Source: a bacterium (GTDB lineage: Bacteria > Patescibacteriota > Minisyncoccia > Phycocordibacterales > UBA2100). Taken from it: a stretch of 64,000 bases of DNA. The stretch lies in assembly GCA_030648265.1 (NCBI GenBank), contig JAUSHX010000013.1, positions 3,030 through 67,029 on the forward strand. Direction: 5' to 3'. This document shows, one piece after another, positions 45,564 through 54,148 of this stretch. The position numbers and the translations under genes are program-made. The notes below the pieces were generated by a model that ran no database searches, was not told where the DNA came from, and saw nothing but the letters and a program-made list of their open reading frames with translations. How positions within the stretch are numbered: position 1 is the first letter of the stretch; each line of letters starts with the position of its first letter.

Positions 45564-46199
45564 TTATTTTGAGACCGCTTTGAGTGCAGCCATTGCAGCG
45601 CGTGCATTGTTCAGCGGATTCTTGGAACGTGAGAGCAGTTTCGCCGTAACGTCGGAAATTCCCGCCAGTTCCAATACGGCTCGCACCGATGAACCGGCCA
45701 CAAGTCCGCGGCCGGGACTCGGCCTGATTTCCACGACCGATGCGCAGTACTTTGCTTCCACGTTACGCGGAATGCTTCTGGTTTTTGTGAGATTAATCGT
45801 GAGCATACTGCGCTTTGCCGCACGAGTCGCCTTTTCTATCGCCAACGCGGTGTCGGCGGCTTTCCCCAAGCCGACACCGACGCGCCCCTTCTTGTCCCCA
45901 AGAACGATGGCGACGCTGAAGTTAAAGCGCCGTCCGCCAGCCATAACGCGCGCGACGCGCCGAATGCCGATAAGTTTCTGGGCAAATTCGCTTCTGCGCT
46001 CATCGCGCTCCTTCCGTGGTCCTCGAGAAGGGCGGCCACGCATTCCTCCGCGGTCGCGGTCTCCCCCGCGGCGCGGAAAAGCCTTTTTCTCCGGCTCTTT
46101 CGTTTCAACGGGCACAACAGTTTCGTCAACTGGCAACAGGACTACTTCCGGTACAACAACCTCCTCCGCTTCGTCTATTATTTTTGGTTCAGCAGACAT
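45564..46199 (-). CDS. rpsE: 30S ribosomal protein S5 (with N-terminal extension)
   Basis: GRRFNFSVAIVLGDKKGRVGVGLGKA. Confidence 0.9.
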   Translation of the reverse strand: MSAEPKIIDEAEEVVVPEVVLLPVDETVVPVETKEPEKKAFPRRGGDRDRGGMRGRPSRGPRKERDERRSEFAQKLIGIRRVARVMAGGRRFNFSVAIVLGDKKGRVGVGLGKAADTALAIEKATRAAKRSMLTINLTKTRSIPRNVEAKYCASVVEIRPSPGRGLVAGSSVRAVLELAGISDVTAKLLSRSKNPLNNARAAMAALKAVSK

Positions 46200-46385
46200 A
46201 TCTTAGATTTAATTAGTGAGCGAAGCGAGCTTAGTAAATCTTAGACCCAGCACCACTTTTGAACTCCAGCAGTTCTTGCCGATGAGTTCTGGCTGTGATT
46301 GCTTTCGGTAGTTTTGCATAATTATCATAAGTTTCAAAAGTGGTGCTGGGTAAGTAAAATATAGTCGCTTTGCTCCTTATTTTAT
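46200..46385 (-). repeat. Family-1 element, copy 5 (stem ACCCAGCACCACTTTTGAA / TTCAAAAGTGGTGCTGGGT)
   Basis: Conserved arms. The loop is related to copy 15. Confidence 0.85.
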
Positions 46386-46724
46386 TTAGAATTGAAGTCC
46401 GGCGGTGCGCGCGGCATCAGCAAACGCTTTTATCGTTCCCTGGTACTGGAACCCGCCGCGGTCAAACACGACGGCCTTGATTCCTTTTTTGCCCGCGAGG
46501 GAGGCAAGAGTACCCGCGGCCGCTTCCGCGCGCTCTTTGGGAGTCTTTCCCTTCGCGTCATCGGACGATATGGCGGCGAGAGTCACCCCCTTCGCGTCAT
46601 CAATGAGCTGGGCGATAAGGCGCGTGTTTGATTTGTATACCGAGAGGCGCGGGCGCTGTTCCGTGCCGATGACCTTGGCGCGGACGCGGCGGTGCCTGCG
46701 TATTCTGTTATCTTGTTTTGTCAT
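46386..46724 (-). CDS. rplR: 50S ribosomal protein L18
   Basis: RLSVYKSNTRLIAQLIDD. Confidence 0.9.
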   Translation of the reverse strand: MTKQDNRIRRHRRVRAKVIGTEQRPRLSVYKSNTRLIAQLIDDAKGVTLAAISSDDAKGKTPKERAEAAAGTLASLAGKKGIKAVVFDRGGFQYQGTIKAFADAARTAGLQF

Positions 46725-46836
46725 GTTAGTTTTTCTTAACGAGTGATAACGAGTTTAGAAACAACTTACACCCAGCACCTTTCGCGAAAGGTGCTGGGTA
46801 AAGAAATAGTAATTCATTTCATTCATAACGATTTCA
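46725..46836 (-). repeat. Family-1 element, copy 6 (fully palindromic core ACCCAGCACCTTTCGCGAAAGGTGCTGGGT)
   Basis: Fills the rplF-rplR spacer from the stop codon to the start codon. Confidence 0.9.
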
Positions 46837-47382
46837 TTATGCGGCTGCGCTTGTGACTTTCTTACCCGCCTTCTTGCGTACGACCTCTCCTTCATATCGG
46901 ATGCCCTTGCCCTTGTACGGCTCCGGCTTCTTGAGTGCCCGCACTGAGGCCGCAAACTGACCAACCTGCTCCCTGTCAGAACCAGAAACCGTTATGATGT
47001 TCTTCTCAACGGTAACGTGCAGACCTTCCGGAATTGCGACTTTGACGGGATGAGAAAAGCCGATTGCGAGCGAAAGTGTTTTTCCCGAAAGCTCGGCTTT
47101 GAAACCGATGCCCTCTATCTGAAGTTTCTTCACAAACGGTTTGGCTACGCCCTGAATCATGTTGCGAATGTGCGCGGCATACGTTCCCCACAGGGCGCGG
47201 GCAAGGCGGGTTTCTGCCGTGGGCACAACGGTGACCGAGCCATTCTCAATATTGATGGAAATCTGCCGGTGCAGAGCGCGCGTGAGAACGCCGTCCTTTC
47301 CTTTGACGCTGATTATTCCATCGGCCACGGAAATTTCCGTGCCCGATGGTATTGCGATTGCTCTTTTTCCGGTGCGGCTCAT
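46837..47382 (-). CDS. rplF: 50S ribosomal protein L6
   Basis: Two-domain L6 motifs. Confidence 0.9.
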   Translation of the reverse strand: MSRTGKRAIAIPSGTEISVADGIISVKGKDGVLTRALHRQISINIENGSVTVVPTAETRLARALWGTYAAHIRNMIQGVAKPFVKKLQIEGIGFKAELSGKTLSLAIGFSHPVKVAIPEGLHVTVEKNIITVSGSDREQVGQFAASVRALKKPEPYKGKGIRYEGEVVRKKAGKKVTSAAA

Positions 47383-47650
47383 GTTAGTTTTTCTTAACGA
47401 CCGAGCACTTTCTGACGATGCAGGTCTGAATAACTGTTTTAATGTTCCTTTTCGTGTTCATGTTTTTATAATCAATTAGCTTCTGAAAGTGCTCGGGGGT
47501 TTAGAAACAACTTACACCCAGCACCTTTAACGTACAGAATGCCGCGGGTTGGCGGAGTGTATTCCTTTGCGTTGTGCTTGATAAGTAAGTTCATATTGCT
47601 GGAAAAGGTGCTGGGTAAGTAAAATATAGTCGCTTCGCTCCTTATTTTAC
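47383..47650 (-). repeat. Family-1 element, copy 7, with a second hairpin (CCGAGCACTTTC...GAAAGTGCTCGG) nested in its arm
   Basis: Conserved arms. An extra 95-nt hairpin sits at about 47404-47500. Confidence 0.8.
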
Positions 47651-48046
47651 TTACCATATCTCAAACAACGCCTCGCCTCCGACATTTTCTTTGCGCGCCT
47701 CTTTGCCCGTAAGAATTCCCTTGGGAGTTGAGAGGACTAGGGTGCCGTGGCCGTACCGCACCGGCATAATTTCGCTCACGCTCCGGTACATCCTCCGTCC
47801 CGGTTTTGAGATGCGCTTTACGCCGTGGATGACGTGGATTCCGTCGCTGTCATATTTGAGAACTACGTCCAGTGTCTTGCGGACCTTTTTCCCTTTCTTG
47901 TCTATTGATGCGACAAATCCGGCATCTTTCAACTTTTCGGCGACCGCCAGCTTGAGTGAAGAAAACGGCACGGAGACCGATTCCTTTTTCACGGCCCCCG
48001 CATTCTTGAGGCGGATTATGAAATCACCAATCGTATCGTTTACCAT
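47651..48046 (-). CDS. rpsH: 30S ribosomal protein S8
   Basis: DTIGDFIIRLKNA. Confidence 0.9.
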   Translation of the reverse strand: MVNDTIGDFIIRLKNAGAVKKESVSVPFSSLKLAVAEKLKDAGFVASIDKKGKKVRKTLDVVLKYDSDGIHVIHGVKRISKPGRRMYRSVSEIMPVRYGHGTLVLSTPKGILTGKEARKENVGGEALFEIW

Positions 48047-48167
48047 GTTAGTTTTTCTTGCGAGCGTAAGCGAGTTAGAAACAACTTACACCCAGCACCT
48101 TTGTTTCATTGAGAAACGAAGGTGCTGGGTAAAGAAATAGTAATTCATTTTATTCATAACGATTTCT
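48047..48167 (-). repeat. Family-1 element, copy 8
   Basis: ACCCAGCACCTTTGTTTCATTGAGAAACGAAGGTGCTGGGT core. Confidence 0.9.
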
Positions 48168-48353
48168 TTACCAAGAGGACTTCTTAATTCCCGGAATGTT
48201 TCCTTCAAGCGCCTCCTCGCGGAAGCAAATACGGCAAAGATTGAAATCACGCAGGAAACCGCGCGGGCGCCCGCATTTGAAACAGCGCCGGATTACCCGG
48301 CTCTTGAACTTGGGCGGTCTTTGCGCCTTTACAACCATTGACCTCTTTGCCAT
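48168..48353 (-). CDS. rpsN: 30S ribosomal protein S14 type Z (61 aa, zinc-binding)
   Basis: [23 protein letters not shown]. Confidence 0.9.
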   Translation of the reverse strand: MAKRSMVVKAQRPPKFKSRVIRRCFKCGRPRGFLRDFNLCRICFREEALEGNIPGIKKSSW

Positions 48354-48395
48354 ATCAGATTTTGTTACGAGCGAAGCGAGTTAGAAAATCTTATA

Positions 48396-48688
48396 CCCAG
48401 CACCTTGTTTGTTTACGACAGACTGTTTTTAAGGCGATTCTTTACATAAGTGCGAGCGTTGCCATATTGCTTGAGTTGCAATTCGCGCCTTACCGCGTCT
48501 TGCTTCGCTTTATAGCTCTCGACATAGACATACTCCCATGGTCGACCGCGACTCGTTGCCGTGACTTGTCCGCTGTTGTGCGAAGCAAGACGCTCATCAA
48601 GATTCTCGGTTCTGCCAAAGTAAAGAACGCCTTTTTCAACACTGCGGATTACGTACACATGGTACATAAACAAACAAGGTGCTGGGTT
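48396..48688 (-). mobile_element. Candidate GIY-YIG mini-element: 21-bp perfect terminal inverted repeats enclosing a single nuclease ORF
   Basis: The TIRs are identical over 21 bp. The ORF start lies 10 nt inside one TIR and the stop overlaps the other. Copies 2, 8 and 17 look like internal-deletion derivatives (ACCCAGCACCTTTGTTTC...GAAACGAAGGTGCTGGGT). Confidence 0.6.
48413..48667 (-). CDS. GIY-YIG nuclease family protein (UPF0213/YhbQ-like), 84 aa
   Basis: MYHVYVIRS..GVLYFGRTENLDERLASHNSG...WEYVYVESY...A..RE.QLK. The ORF track starts 2 codons earlier at a TTG. Confidence 0.75.
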   Translation of the reverse strand: MYHVYVIRSVEKGVLYFGRTENLDERLASHNSGQVTATSRGRPWEYVYVESYKAKQDAVRRELQLKQYGNARTYVKNRLKNSLS

Positions 48689-48929
48689 ACGAAAATCATA
48701 GTCGCCTCGCTTCGCTACGGCTTCTTGATTTTCAGTAATACCCCGAAGGAGAAGCTAGAAACTCCTGCATCCTGCCTTGCGGCTGAAGATTACGGAAGCT
48801 TCTTCGCGTGACCCTGTTCTTCGTCCAACTTGTGGTTGAAAAACAAAGCCCCCAACGAGGCTCCGAAAATATACGCGAGATGCGGATGAAAGTCAAACTT
48901 CAAAAAGTCTGTTCTGAAACTAATTCGGA

Positions 48930-49529
48930 TCAAAACTTGTCTATATCGTCATTTGCTTCCCGACGCTCTTTTCTTCTTTTGAATATTTCTTCTTGAGAAA
49001 GTTTTCTACCGGGTACAAACCCCTCTCGCTTTTCCTGCTTTTGGCCTGTTTTAACTAGCATTTTCTTCCATGCGGCATCCAACGCGGGCCCAAGTTCATC
49101 AATAGGGAACCTGCGGAGAATCATCTCCCTTTCGATAGACCACGTATGCTCACCGTGCGTGGCGTAGTCAGACCCCCGTTCTCTGCGCACAGCGCTCTTT
49201 TGTTGATGAGAATCTTTTCCGAATGTGATTTTGCTGTTTATAGTACCTATGGTTTCCTCCTTTTCATTGGGATTGCGGAGGTAGTTAGTCATTCTTGATG
49301 AATAATCTACTATTTTTATCATTTCGTCATCAGAAATAGGGATTTTAAGTTCCTCTATTTCTTTTCTGAGGAAATCTTCAAAAATTGCATTGTCTACCAT
49401 TTCCTCTCCCGCGGTCTGTCCCGATTCTTTTGCTTTATCCGCCATGAGTCCTTCAAACTTCTCCGTACTCGCCTCGTGTTCTTTCTCTCGCTCGGTAGAA
49501 GCGTTTCTTTTGCCCATTTCTAGTGCCAT
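48930..49529 (-). CDS. Hypothetical hydrophilic protein (199 aa)
   Basis: ORF only; charged and low-complexity; no recognisable domain. Confidence 0.35.
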   Translation of the reverse strand: MALEMGKRNASTEREKEHEASTEKFEGLMADKAKESGQTAGEEMVDNAIFEDFLRKEIEELKIPISDDEMIKIVDYSSRMTNYLRNPNEKEETIGTINSKITFGKDSHQQKSAVRRERGSDYATHGEHTWSIEREMILRRFPIDELGPALDAAWKKMLVKTGQKQEKREGFVPGRKLSQEEIFKRRKERREANDDIDKF

Positions 49530-49657
49530 AATTTTATGCCTTATTTCCTAATTTCTTAATGCTACCCCCACCCTCCAGATACGCAAGCGGCAAAAGTGGA
49601 CATCAAAAGTCTCTCCGCCTGCTTTTTTTCTCTTCCCTTTCACCTTTCTGGGGATAA

Positions 49658-49703
49658 CCCATGTCCCTATCCAGTGGCTATAGCTATAATATAAGGACAT
49701 GGG
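49658..49703. promoter_or_regulatory. Hairpin CCCATGTCC-CTATCCAGTGGCTATAGCTATAATATAA-GGACATGGG overlapping the start of PaaX-like paralog 2
   Basis: Contains a perfect TATAAT 8 nt before the ATG. A near-identical copy lies at about 50311-50356 just after the gene. Confidence 0.75.
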
Positions 49704-50286
49704 AAGAATGGAGCTCGCGGCAAAAAAGCGCCGGAGGAAAGAGAACGTCCAACAGATAGTGCTGGGAGTAGTCGCGGTTGCGGGCATACTTGCAGTAACA
49801 ATGATTGCGCCCAATATTTTCCAAGCTATTCCGCGCCTGTTGGGCGATAAATATAAGTTTGGTTATCGAGCGCGTACCGCCGCCGGCCGCCTTGCGCAAA
49901 AGGGATACGTACGCTTCGTGGAACGAAACGGCAAGAAGTTTGTGGAGATAACAGAGAAAGGAAAACGCGCATACGCATTGGAAAAGGCAAGATTCACGGC
50001 ATACACAAACATCAACAAGCGCTGGGACAAACGCTGGCGAATTGTTGCTTTTGACATCCCAGAGACTCGGCGAGGAACACGCGAACGTGTGCGCAGACTG
50101 ATGCGCGAATTCGGGTTCCTTAAACTACAAGACAGCGTTTGGGTATTTCCCTACGACTGCGAGGAACTTATTACAATGATGAAGGCAGAACTGCGGATTG
50201 GTAAGGATATCCTGTACATAATCGCGGACACTATCGAGAACGACCAATGGGTGAGAAGACAGTTTAACCTTCTCAAAGAATCATAG
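49699..50286 (+). CDS. Membrane-anchored wHTH + PaaX_C/Cas2-like domain protein, paralog 2
   Basis: TM helix VLGVVAVAGILAV; wHTH AAGRLAQKGYVRFVERNGKKFVEITEKG; RWDKRWRIVAFDIPETRRGTRERVRRLMREFGFLKLQDSVWVFPYDCEEL. Confidence 0.6.
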   Translation: MGRMELAAKKRRRKENVQQIVLGVVAVAGILAVTMIAPNIFQAIPRLLGDKYKFGYRARTAAGRLAQKGYVRFVERNGKKFVEITEKGKRAYALEKARFTAYTNINKRWDKRWRIVAFDIPETRRGTRERVRRLMREFGFLKLQDSVWVFPYDCEELITMMKAELRIGKDILYIIADTIENDQWVRRQFNLLKES

Positions 50287-50310
50287 TGTCGTCCTATTTC
50301 TCTCGGTTTT

Positions 50311-50356
50311 CCATATCCCTATCCAGTGGCTATAGCTATAATATAAGGACATTGGG
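50311..50356. promoter_or_regulatory. Second copy of the paralog-2 hairpin
   Basis: CCATATCCCTATCCAGTGGCTATAGCTATAATATAAGGACATTGG. Confidence 0.75.
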
Positions 50357-50413
50357 CCATGCAAGATACACCTCCAAAGAGTGCGCGGGCGACGACAGTA
50401 TCTTTCTGTTTTT

Positions 50414-50959
50414 CTATTTCTTTGCTTCTGCTTCCTTCAGCGGCAATCCCAAGTACCTTAAGAATGCCTCCGCCTCTTTCTTATTTTTTGCCGTTGTGAC
50501 AACCGTCACCGCGAGTCCGAAGATATCCTTGCTGTCTTCATCGGATGTCTCGGGGAATACGATGTTCTCCTTGATGCCTATCGTGATGTTGCCCATTTCA
50601 TCTATGGTTTCAGGCCGAATGCCGCGGAAGTCTTTTGAGCGCGGGAGAACAATATGAATGAGTTTGTCCAAGAAGGTCTGCGCCCGCTTGTTGCGCAACG
50701 TGACTTGAAAGCCGACTTGGTCGCCCGCGCGGATTTTAAAGGTTGCAATGGATTTTTTGGCCATGCGCGCCGCCGGTGCCTGCCCCGTTATTCTCGTCAG
50801 GCGGTCTTTGATAACCTCGCGCTTTTTAGGGTCATGCTTTGCGCCGACTCCGGTTGAGACGACAATTTTAGAAACCTTCGGCGCCTGCATAACGCTCTTG
50901 TAGTGAAATTCCGTTTTGAGAGCTTCAAATGTTTTGTGCTGTGCTGTTTGTGTTTTCAT
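50414..50959 (-). CDS. rplE: 50S ribosomal protein L5
   Basis: PKVSKIVVSTGVG... Confidence 0.9.
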   Translation of the reverse strand: MKTQTAQHKTFEALKTEFHYKSVMQAPKVSKIVVSTGVGAKHDPKKREVIKDRLTRITGQAPAARMAKKSIATFKIRAGDQVGFQVTLRNKRAQTFLDKLIHIVLPRSKDFRGIRPETIDEMGNITIGIKENIVFPETSDEDSKDIFGLAVTVVTTAKNKKEAEAFLRYLGLPLKEAEAKK

Positions 50960-51090
50960 GTGTTAGAGATTCTTAGTGAGTGCTAACGAGCTTAGAAGCT
51001 CTTACACCCTGTTAAATGCGACTTCGTCGCCCCGCCTTTGGCGGGATTTAACAGGGTCAAGAAATTATAATTCGCTTTGCTCATAAAAAT
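50960..51090 (-). repeat. Family-1 element, copy 10, with alternative stem ACCCTGTTAAAT/ATTTAACAGGGT (same variant as copy 4)
   Basis: Loop GCGACTTCGTCGCCCCGCCTTTGGCGGG, similar to the copy-4 loop. Confidence 0.85.
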
Positions 51091-51399
51091 TTACTTGACT
51101 TCCTGCCCGCTTACAACCGCAACGCGGACGCGGACGCCCTCTTTTCGTTCAATGCGGATGCGGGTCGGCTTGCCTCCCTTCGGGTCCGCAAGCATCACGT
51201 TAGAAGCATGAATGGACATCGGCTTCTCTATAATTTGCCCTGTGCGGTTCTGCGCCGACGCCTTGCGGTGTTTTTTGACCATGTTCACGCCATCAATAGT
51301 GACGCGGTTCTTTTTAGGCAACACATGCGCAATCGTGCCCGAAGCGCCGCGATTCTTGCCCGCTATAACTATTATTTTATCTCCTTTCTTTAGTTTCAT
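51091..51399 (-). CDS. rplX: 50S ribosomal protein L24
   Basis: KKGDKIIVIAGKNRGASG (KOW motif). Confidence 0.9.
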   Translation of the reverse strand: MKLKKGDKIIVIAGKNRGASGTIAHVLPKKNRVTIDGVNMVKKHRKASAQNRTGQIIEKPMSIHASNVMLADPKGGKPTRIRIERKEGVRVRVAVVSGQEVK

Positions 51400-51573
51400 G
51401 TTAGAGATTATTAGCGAGTATTCCGAGCTTAGAAGCTCTTACACCCAGCACCTTTTACGCCAATGCTGTTGGTTGCAGGATAATACTGTCTAAGCGCGAT
51501 TTGGGCAAGAAAATTCATAGAGATTTAAAGGTGCTGGGTTTAGAAAAATATAGTCGCGTTGCTCCTTATTTTT
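51400..51573 (-). repeat. Family-1 element, copy 11 (78-nt loop identical to copy 12)
   Basis: The loop TTTTACGCCAATGCTGTTGGTTGCAGGATAATACTGTCTAAGCGCGATTTGGGCAAGAAAATTCATAGAGATTTAAA is repeated in 51946-52100. Confidence 0.85.
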
Positions 51574-51945
51574 CTAAACGACCTCAGGCGCCAATGTTAC
51601 GATTTTCTGATAGCCCCGCTCAATCACCTCGCGCGGGATGGGGCCAAAAACGCGATTTGCTTTCGGTTCCTTCTTTTCCTTCTCTACCAACACAACCGCA
51701 TTCTCGTCAAAACGAATGTATGAGCCGTCTTTTCGGCGGAAGGCCTTCTTTTGCCGGACGACCACGGCGCGGTAAATCTCTTTCTTCTTCACCGATTTGC
51801 GCGGCTGGGCGGTCTGAATTGAAATAACGACTTCGTCGCCAAGTTCTGCATAACGGCGCTTTGAACCGCCGAGAACTTTGAAAACACGTCCGATGATTCC
51901 TCCGGAGTTGTCAGCAATTTTTACGAGTGAACGCGGTTGGATCAT
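51574..51945 (-). CDS. rplN: 50S ribosomal protein L14
   Basis: MIQPRSLVKIADNSGG. Confidence 0.9.
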   Translation of the reverse strand: MIQPRSLVKIADNSGGIIGRVFKVLGGSKRRYAELGDEVVISIQTAQPRKSVKKKEIYRAVVVRQKKAFRRKDGSYIRFDENAVVLVEKEKKEPKANRVFGPIPREVIERGYQKIVTLAPEVV

Positions 51946-52100
51946 GTTAGTTTTTGTTACGAGCGAAGCGAGTTAGAAAATCTTACACCCAGCACCTTTT
52001 ACGCCAATGCTGTTGGTTGCAGGATAATACTGTCTAAGCGCGATTTGGGCAAGAAAATTCATAGAGATTTAAAGGTGCTGGGTAATGTAAAACATAGTCG
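51946..52100 (-). repeat. Family-1 element, copy 12
   Basis: Same loop as copy 11. Confidence 0.85.
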
Positions 52101-52370
52101 CTACGCTTCTTGTTTTACTATTATGAACCGTTTGAGCTTGGAAATAGGTCGTGTTTCGCGGATTGTCACCTTCTCACCGACCGCCGCCGTGTTCCCCGGA
52201 TTGTGTACAAGGAATTTCTTACTGCGCTTCATGTACTTCTTGTATTTTGGATGCTTCACGTAACGTTCAACCTGAACGGTGATCGTGTCTTTCATTGCAG
52301 ACTTGACGACCACTCCCTCAAGGAATTTTCCTTCCTGCTCTATACTTGTTGAATTATTTTGTTTTTCCAT
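52101..52370 (-). CDS. rpsQ: 30S ribosomal protein S17
   Basis: GVVVKSAMKDTITVQVERYVKHPKYKK. Confidence 0.9.
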   Translation of the reverse strand: MEKQNNSTSIEQEGKFLEGVVVKSAMKDTITVQVERYVKHPKYKKYMKRSKKFLVHNPGNTAAVGEKVTIRETRPISKLKRFIIVKQEA

Positions 52371-52503
52371 ATGTATGTTCCAATCTACGAATATATTTCA
52401 ATCTACGAATATATTCCAATCTACAAATAACTACAAATGAGCGGCGTCGTATATTCGTAGCCATTCGTAGCATTCGCATCATTTGTAGATTGGGATTTCA
52501 TAT
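52371..52503 (-). repeat. Family-2 intercistronic repeat, copy 3
   Basis: CCAATCTACGAATATATTTCAATCTACGAATATATTCCAATCTACAAATAACTACAAATG...CATTTGTAGATTGGGAT. Confidence 0.8.
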
Positions 52504-52698
52504 TTATTTATTTTGTTCGTTCTTCCTTGATTGCACCTCGGTCAATATTTGCGCTATCTCTCTGCGCACATTCCTGCCTTCCCTGACATCCCGTACTCGG
52601 CTTCCTGCTCCACCGAAGCGGAACACCCGCAACGCTTCGCGCTTTTCCGCAACAGTACGCAGTAATTCCTCTGTGCTTTGTGATTTTATGTCATTCAT
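52504..52698 (-). CDS. rpmC: 50S ribosomal protein L29 (ORF track extends 15 codons upstream into the repeat; likely start MNDIKSQ)
   Basis: STEELLRTVAEKREALRVFRF. Confidence 0.8.
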   Translation of the reverse strand: MNDIKSQSTEELLRTVAEKREALRVFRFGGAGSRVRDVREGRNVRREIAQILTEVQSRKNEQNK

Positions 52699-52813
52699 AA
52701 TGTTCCAATCTACGAATATATTCCAATCTACAAATACCTGCAAATGAGCGACACCGTATATTCGTAGCCATTCGTAGTATTCGTATCATTTGCAGATTGG
52801 GACTTCATAGGGT
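52699..52813 (-). repeat. Family-2 intercistronic repeat, copy 4
   Basis: CCAATCTACGAATATATTCCAATCTACAAATACCTGCAAATG...CATTTGCAGATTGGGAC, with compensatory T/C changes in the stem. Confidence 0.8.
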
Positions 52814-53236
52814 TTACTGCCTGTCAATAATACGAACCTTGAACGGCAGTTTCTTGCCTGCTTTTCGCAGAGCCTCGCGAGCCATTGCTTCGGGAGCGCC
52901 GTCCACTTCAAAAATAACGCGTCCCGGTCGCACATCAAAAACGTAGCCCGCCACGTCGCCTTTTCCGCTACCCATGCCGACTTCCGCCGCCTTTTGCGTG
53001 CGGGGACGGTCGGGGAAAACGCGAATCCAGACTTTTGCGCTTTTTCCCGCGGCTCGCGTGAGCGCCCGGCGCGCCGCTTCTATCTGATTAGAAGTAAGAC
53101 GGGCCTGTCCCATGGCCTTGAGACCGTAGGAGCCGAAGGCGAGCGTGAGCCCGCGCGTCTCCGGCCTCACCAGACGGTCGCCCCGTCTGCGGCCTGTTTG
53201 CCATTTGCGATGCGCTGTTTTTTTAGGAGCCAACAT
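52814..53236 (-). CDS. rplP: 50S ribosomal protein L16
   Basis: RKWQTGRRRGD...GSGKGDVAGYV. Confidence 0.9.
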   Translation of the reverse strand: MLAPKKTAHRKWQTGRRRGDRLVRPETRGLTLAFGSYGLKAMGQARLTSNQIEAARRALTRAAGKSAKVWIRVFPDRPRTQKAAEVGMGSGKGDVAGYVFDVRPGRVIFEVDGAPEAMAREALRKAGKKLPFKVRIIDRQ

Positions 53237-53473
53237 GGTAGATTTTTACTGAGCGAAGCGATGATAATCGGTATTAATACTCATATTGGCTCCTCGGCTC
53301 GGAAAAGAAAGTGAGTACACTTCCTTTTCACTCGCCCTACGTCGCCAATAAAAATCACCACCCAGCACCTTTACACCCAAAGTGCTTTCCGATGTGCAAA
53401 GGATTTTTGTAACTCTATTTTGGATATTGTAGTTCATAGTGCTGTAAAAGGTGCTGGGTCTCGATAAAAATAG
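53237..53473 (-). repeat. Family-1 element, copy 13 (arm carries an extra insertion)
   Basis: ACCCAGCACCTTTACACCC...GCTGTAAAAGGTGCTGGGT, with about 90 nt of extra sequence in the arm nearest rplP. Confidence 0.8.
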
Positions 53474-54148
53474 TCACTTCGTTCCTTTTTTATCGGAAAA
53501 TATTTCCCCCCTGTATATCCAGACTTTTACGCCCAAGACACCGTACGGCAGGTACGCAACTTCGCGCGCAAAATCAATGTCGGCGCGCAGAGTCTGCAGA
53601 GGCACGCGCCCTCGCTTGATTTCCTCCGTTCGCGACATTTCGGCGCCTCCCAAGCGGCCGGCAATGGCAATGCGAACCCCCTGCACGTCCCTGTTTGCCA
53701 TTACTTTCTCAACCGTTTGCTTCAAGACTCTCCGGAACGGCATGCGCTTCTCCAATCCTTCGGCCACCATGTAGGCGACAACCGGAGATTGCGACTCCGG
53801 CGAGCGGACTTCTTCAATATCCAGTTTCACCGTCCGCGGCTCCACGCCCTTTATCTTACGGATGAGTACCTCTATCTCTTTGGTGAGCTTAACGCTCCCC
53901 TCGCCGCCGCGGCCGATGACAAGTCCCGGACGGGATGTCTTCAGAAGGACGCGGACAATCTTCTCTCTCCGCTCTATTTCTACAGATGTAATATAGTTCC
54001 CGCGCAAACGTTTCTTGATAAAACGGCGGATTGAGGAGTCAATCATAACGTTCTCGCGGTATTGCGCCGGAGTCTTTGAGAACCAACGGGATTTCCAGTC
54101 ACGGATTATTCCCAGGCGGTGTGCGAACGGATGTACGGTGTGGGTCAT
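53474..54148 (-). CDS. rpsC: 30S ribosomal protein S3
   Basis: KH-domain motif GLVIGRGGEG and C-terminal domain. Confidence 0.9.
   Translation of the reverse strand: MTHTVHPFAHRLGIIRDWKSRWFSKTPAQYRENVMIDSSIRRFIKKRLRGNYITSVEIERREKIVRVLLKTSRPGLVIGRGGEGSVKLTKEIEVLIRKIKGVEPRTVKLDIEEVRSPESQSPVVAYMVAEGLEKRMPFRRVLKQTVEKVMANRDVQGVRIAIAGRLGGAEMSRTEEIKRGRVPLQTLRADIDFAREVAYLPYGVLGVKVWIYRGEIFSDKKGTK

Larger units (their letters stand above)
48354..48740 (-). repeat. Family-1 element, copy 9: a complete element carrying a GIY-YIG ORF between 21-bp inverted repeats
   Basis: The conserved arms flank ACCCAGCACCTTGTTTGTTTA (48396-48416) and TAAACAAACAAGGTGCTGGGT (48668-48688). Confidence 0.85.

Noticed and set aside
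51501-52263. Plus-strand ORFs 51501-51827 and 51937-52263, both beginning MGKKIHRDLKVLG.
   Set aside because: The shared N-terminus is the family-1 loop sequence read on the non-operon strand, and each then runs antisense through rplN or rpsQ. They are an artefact of the duplicated repeat loop.
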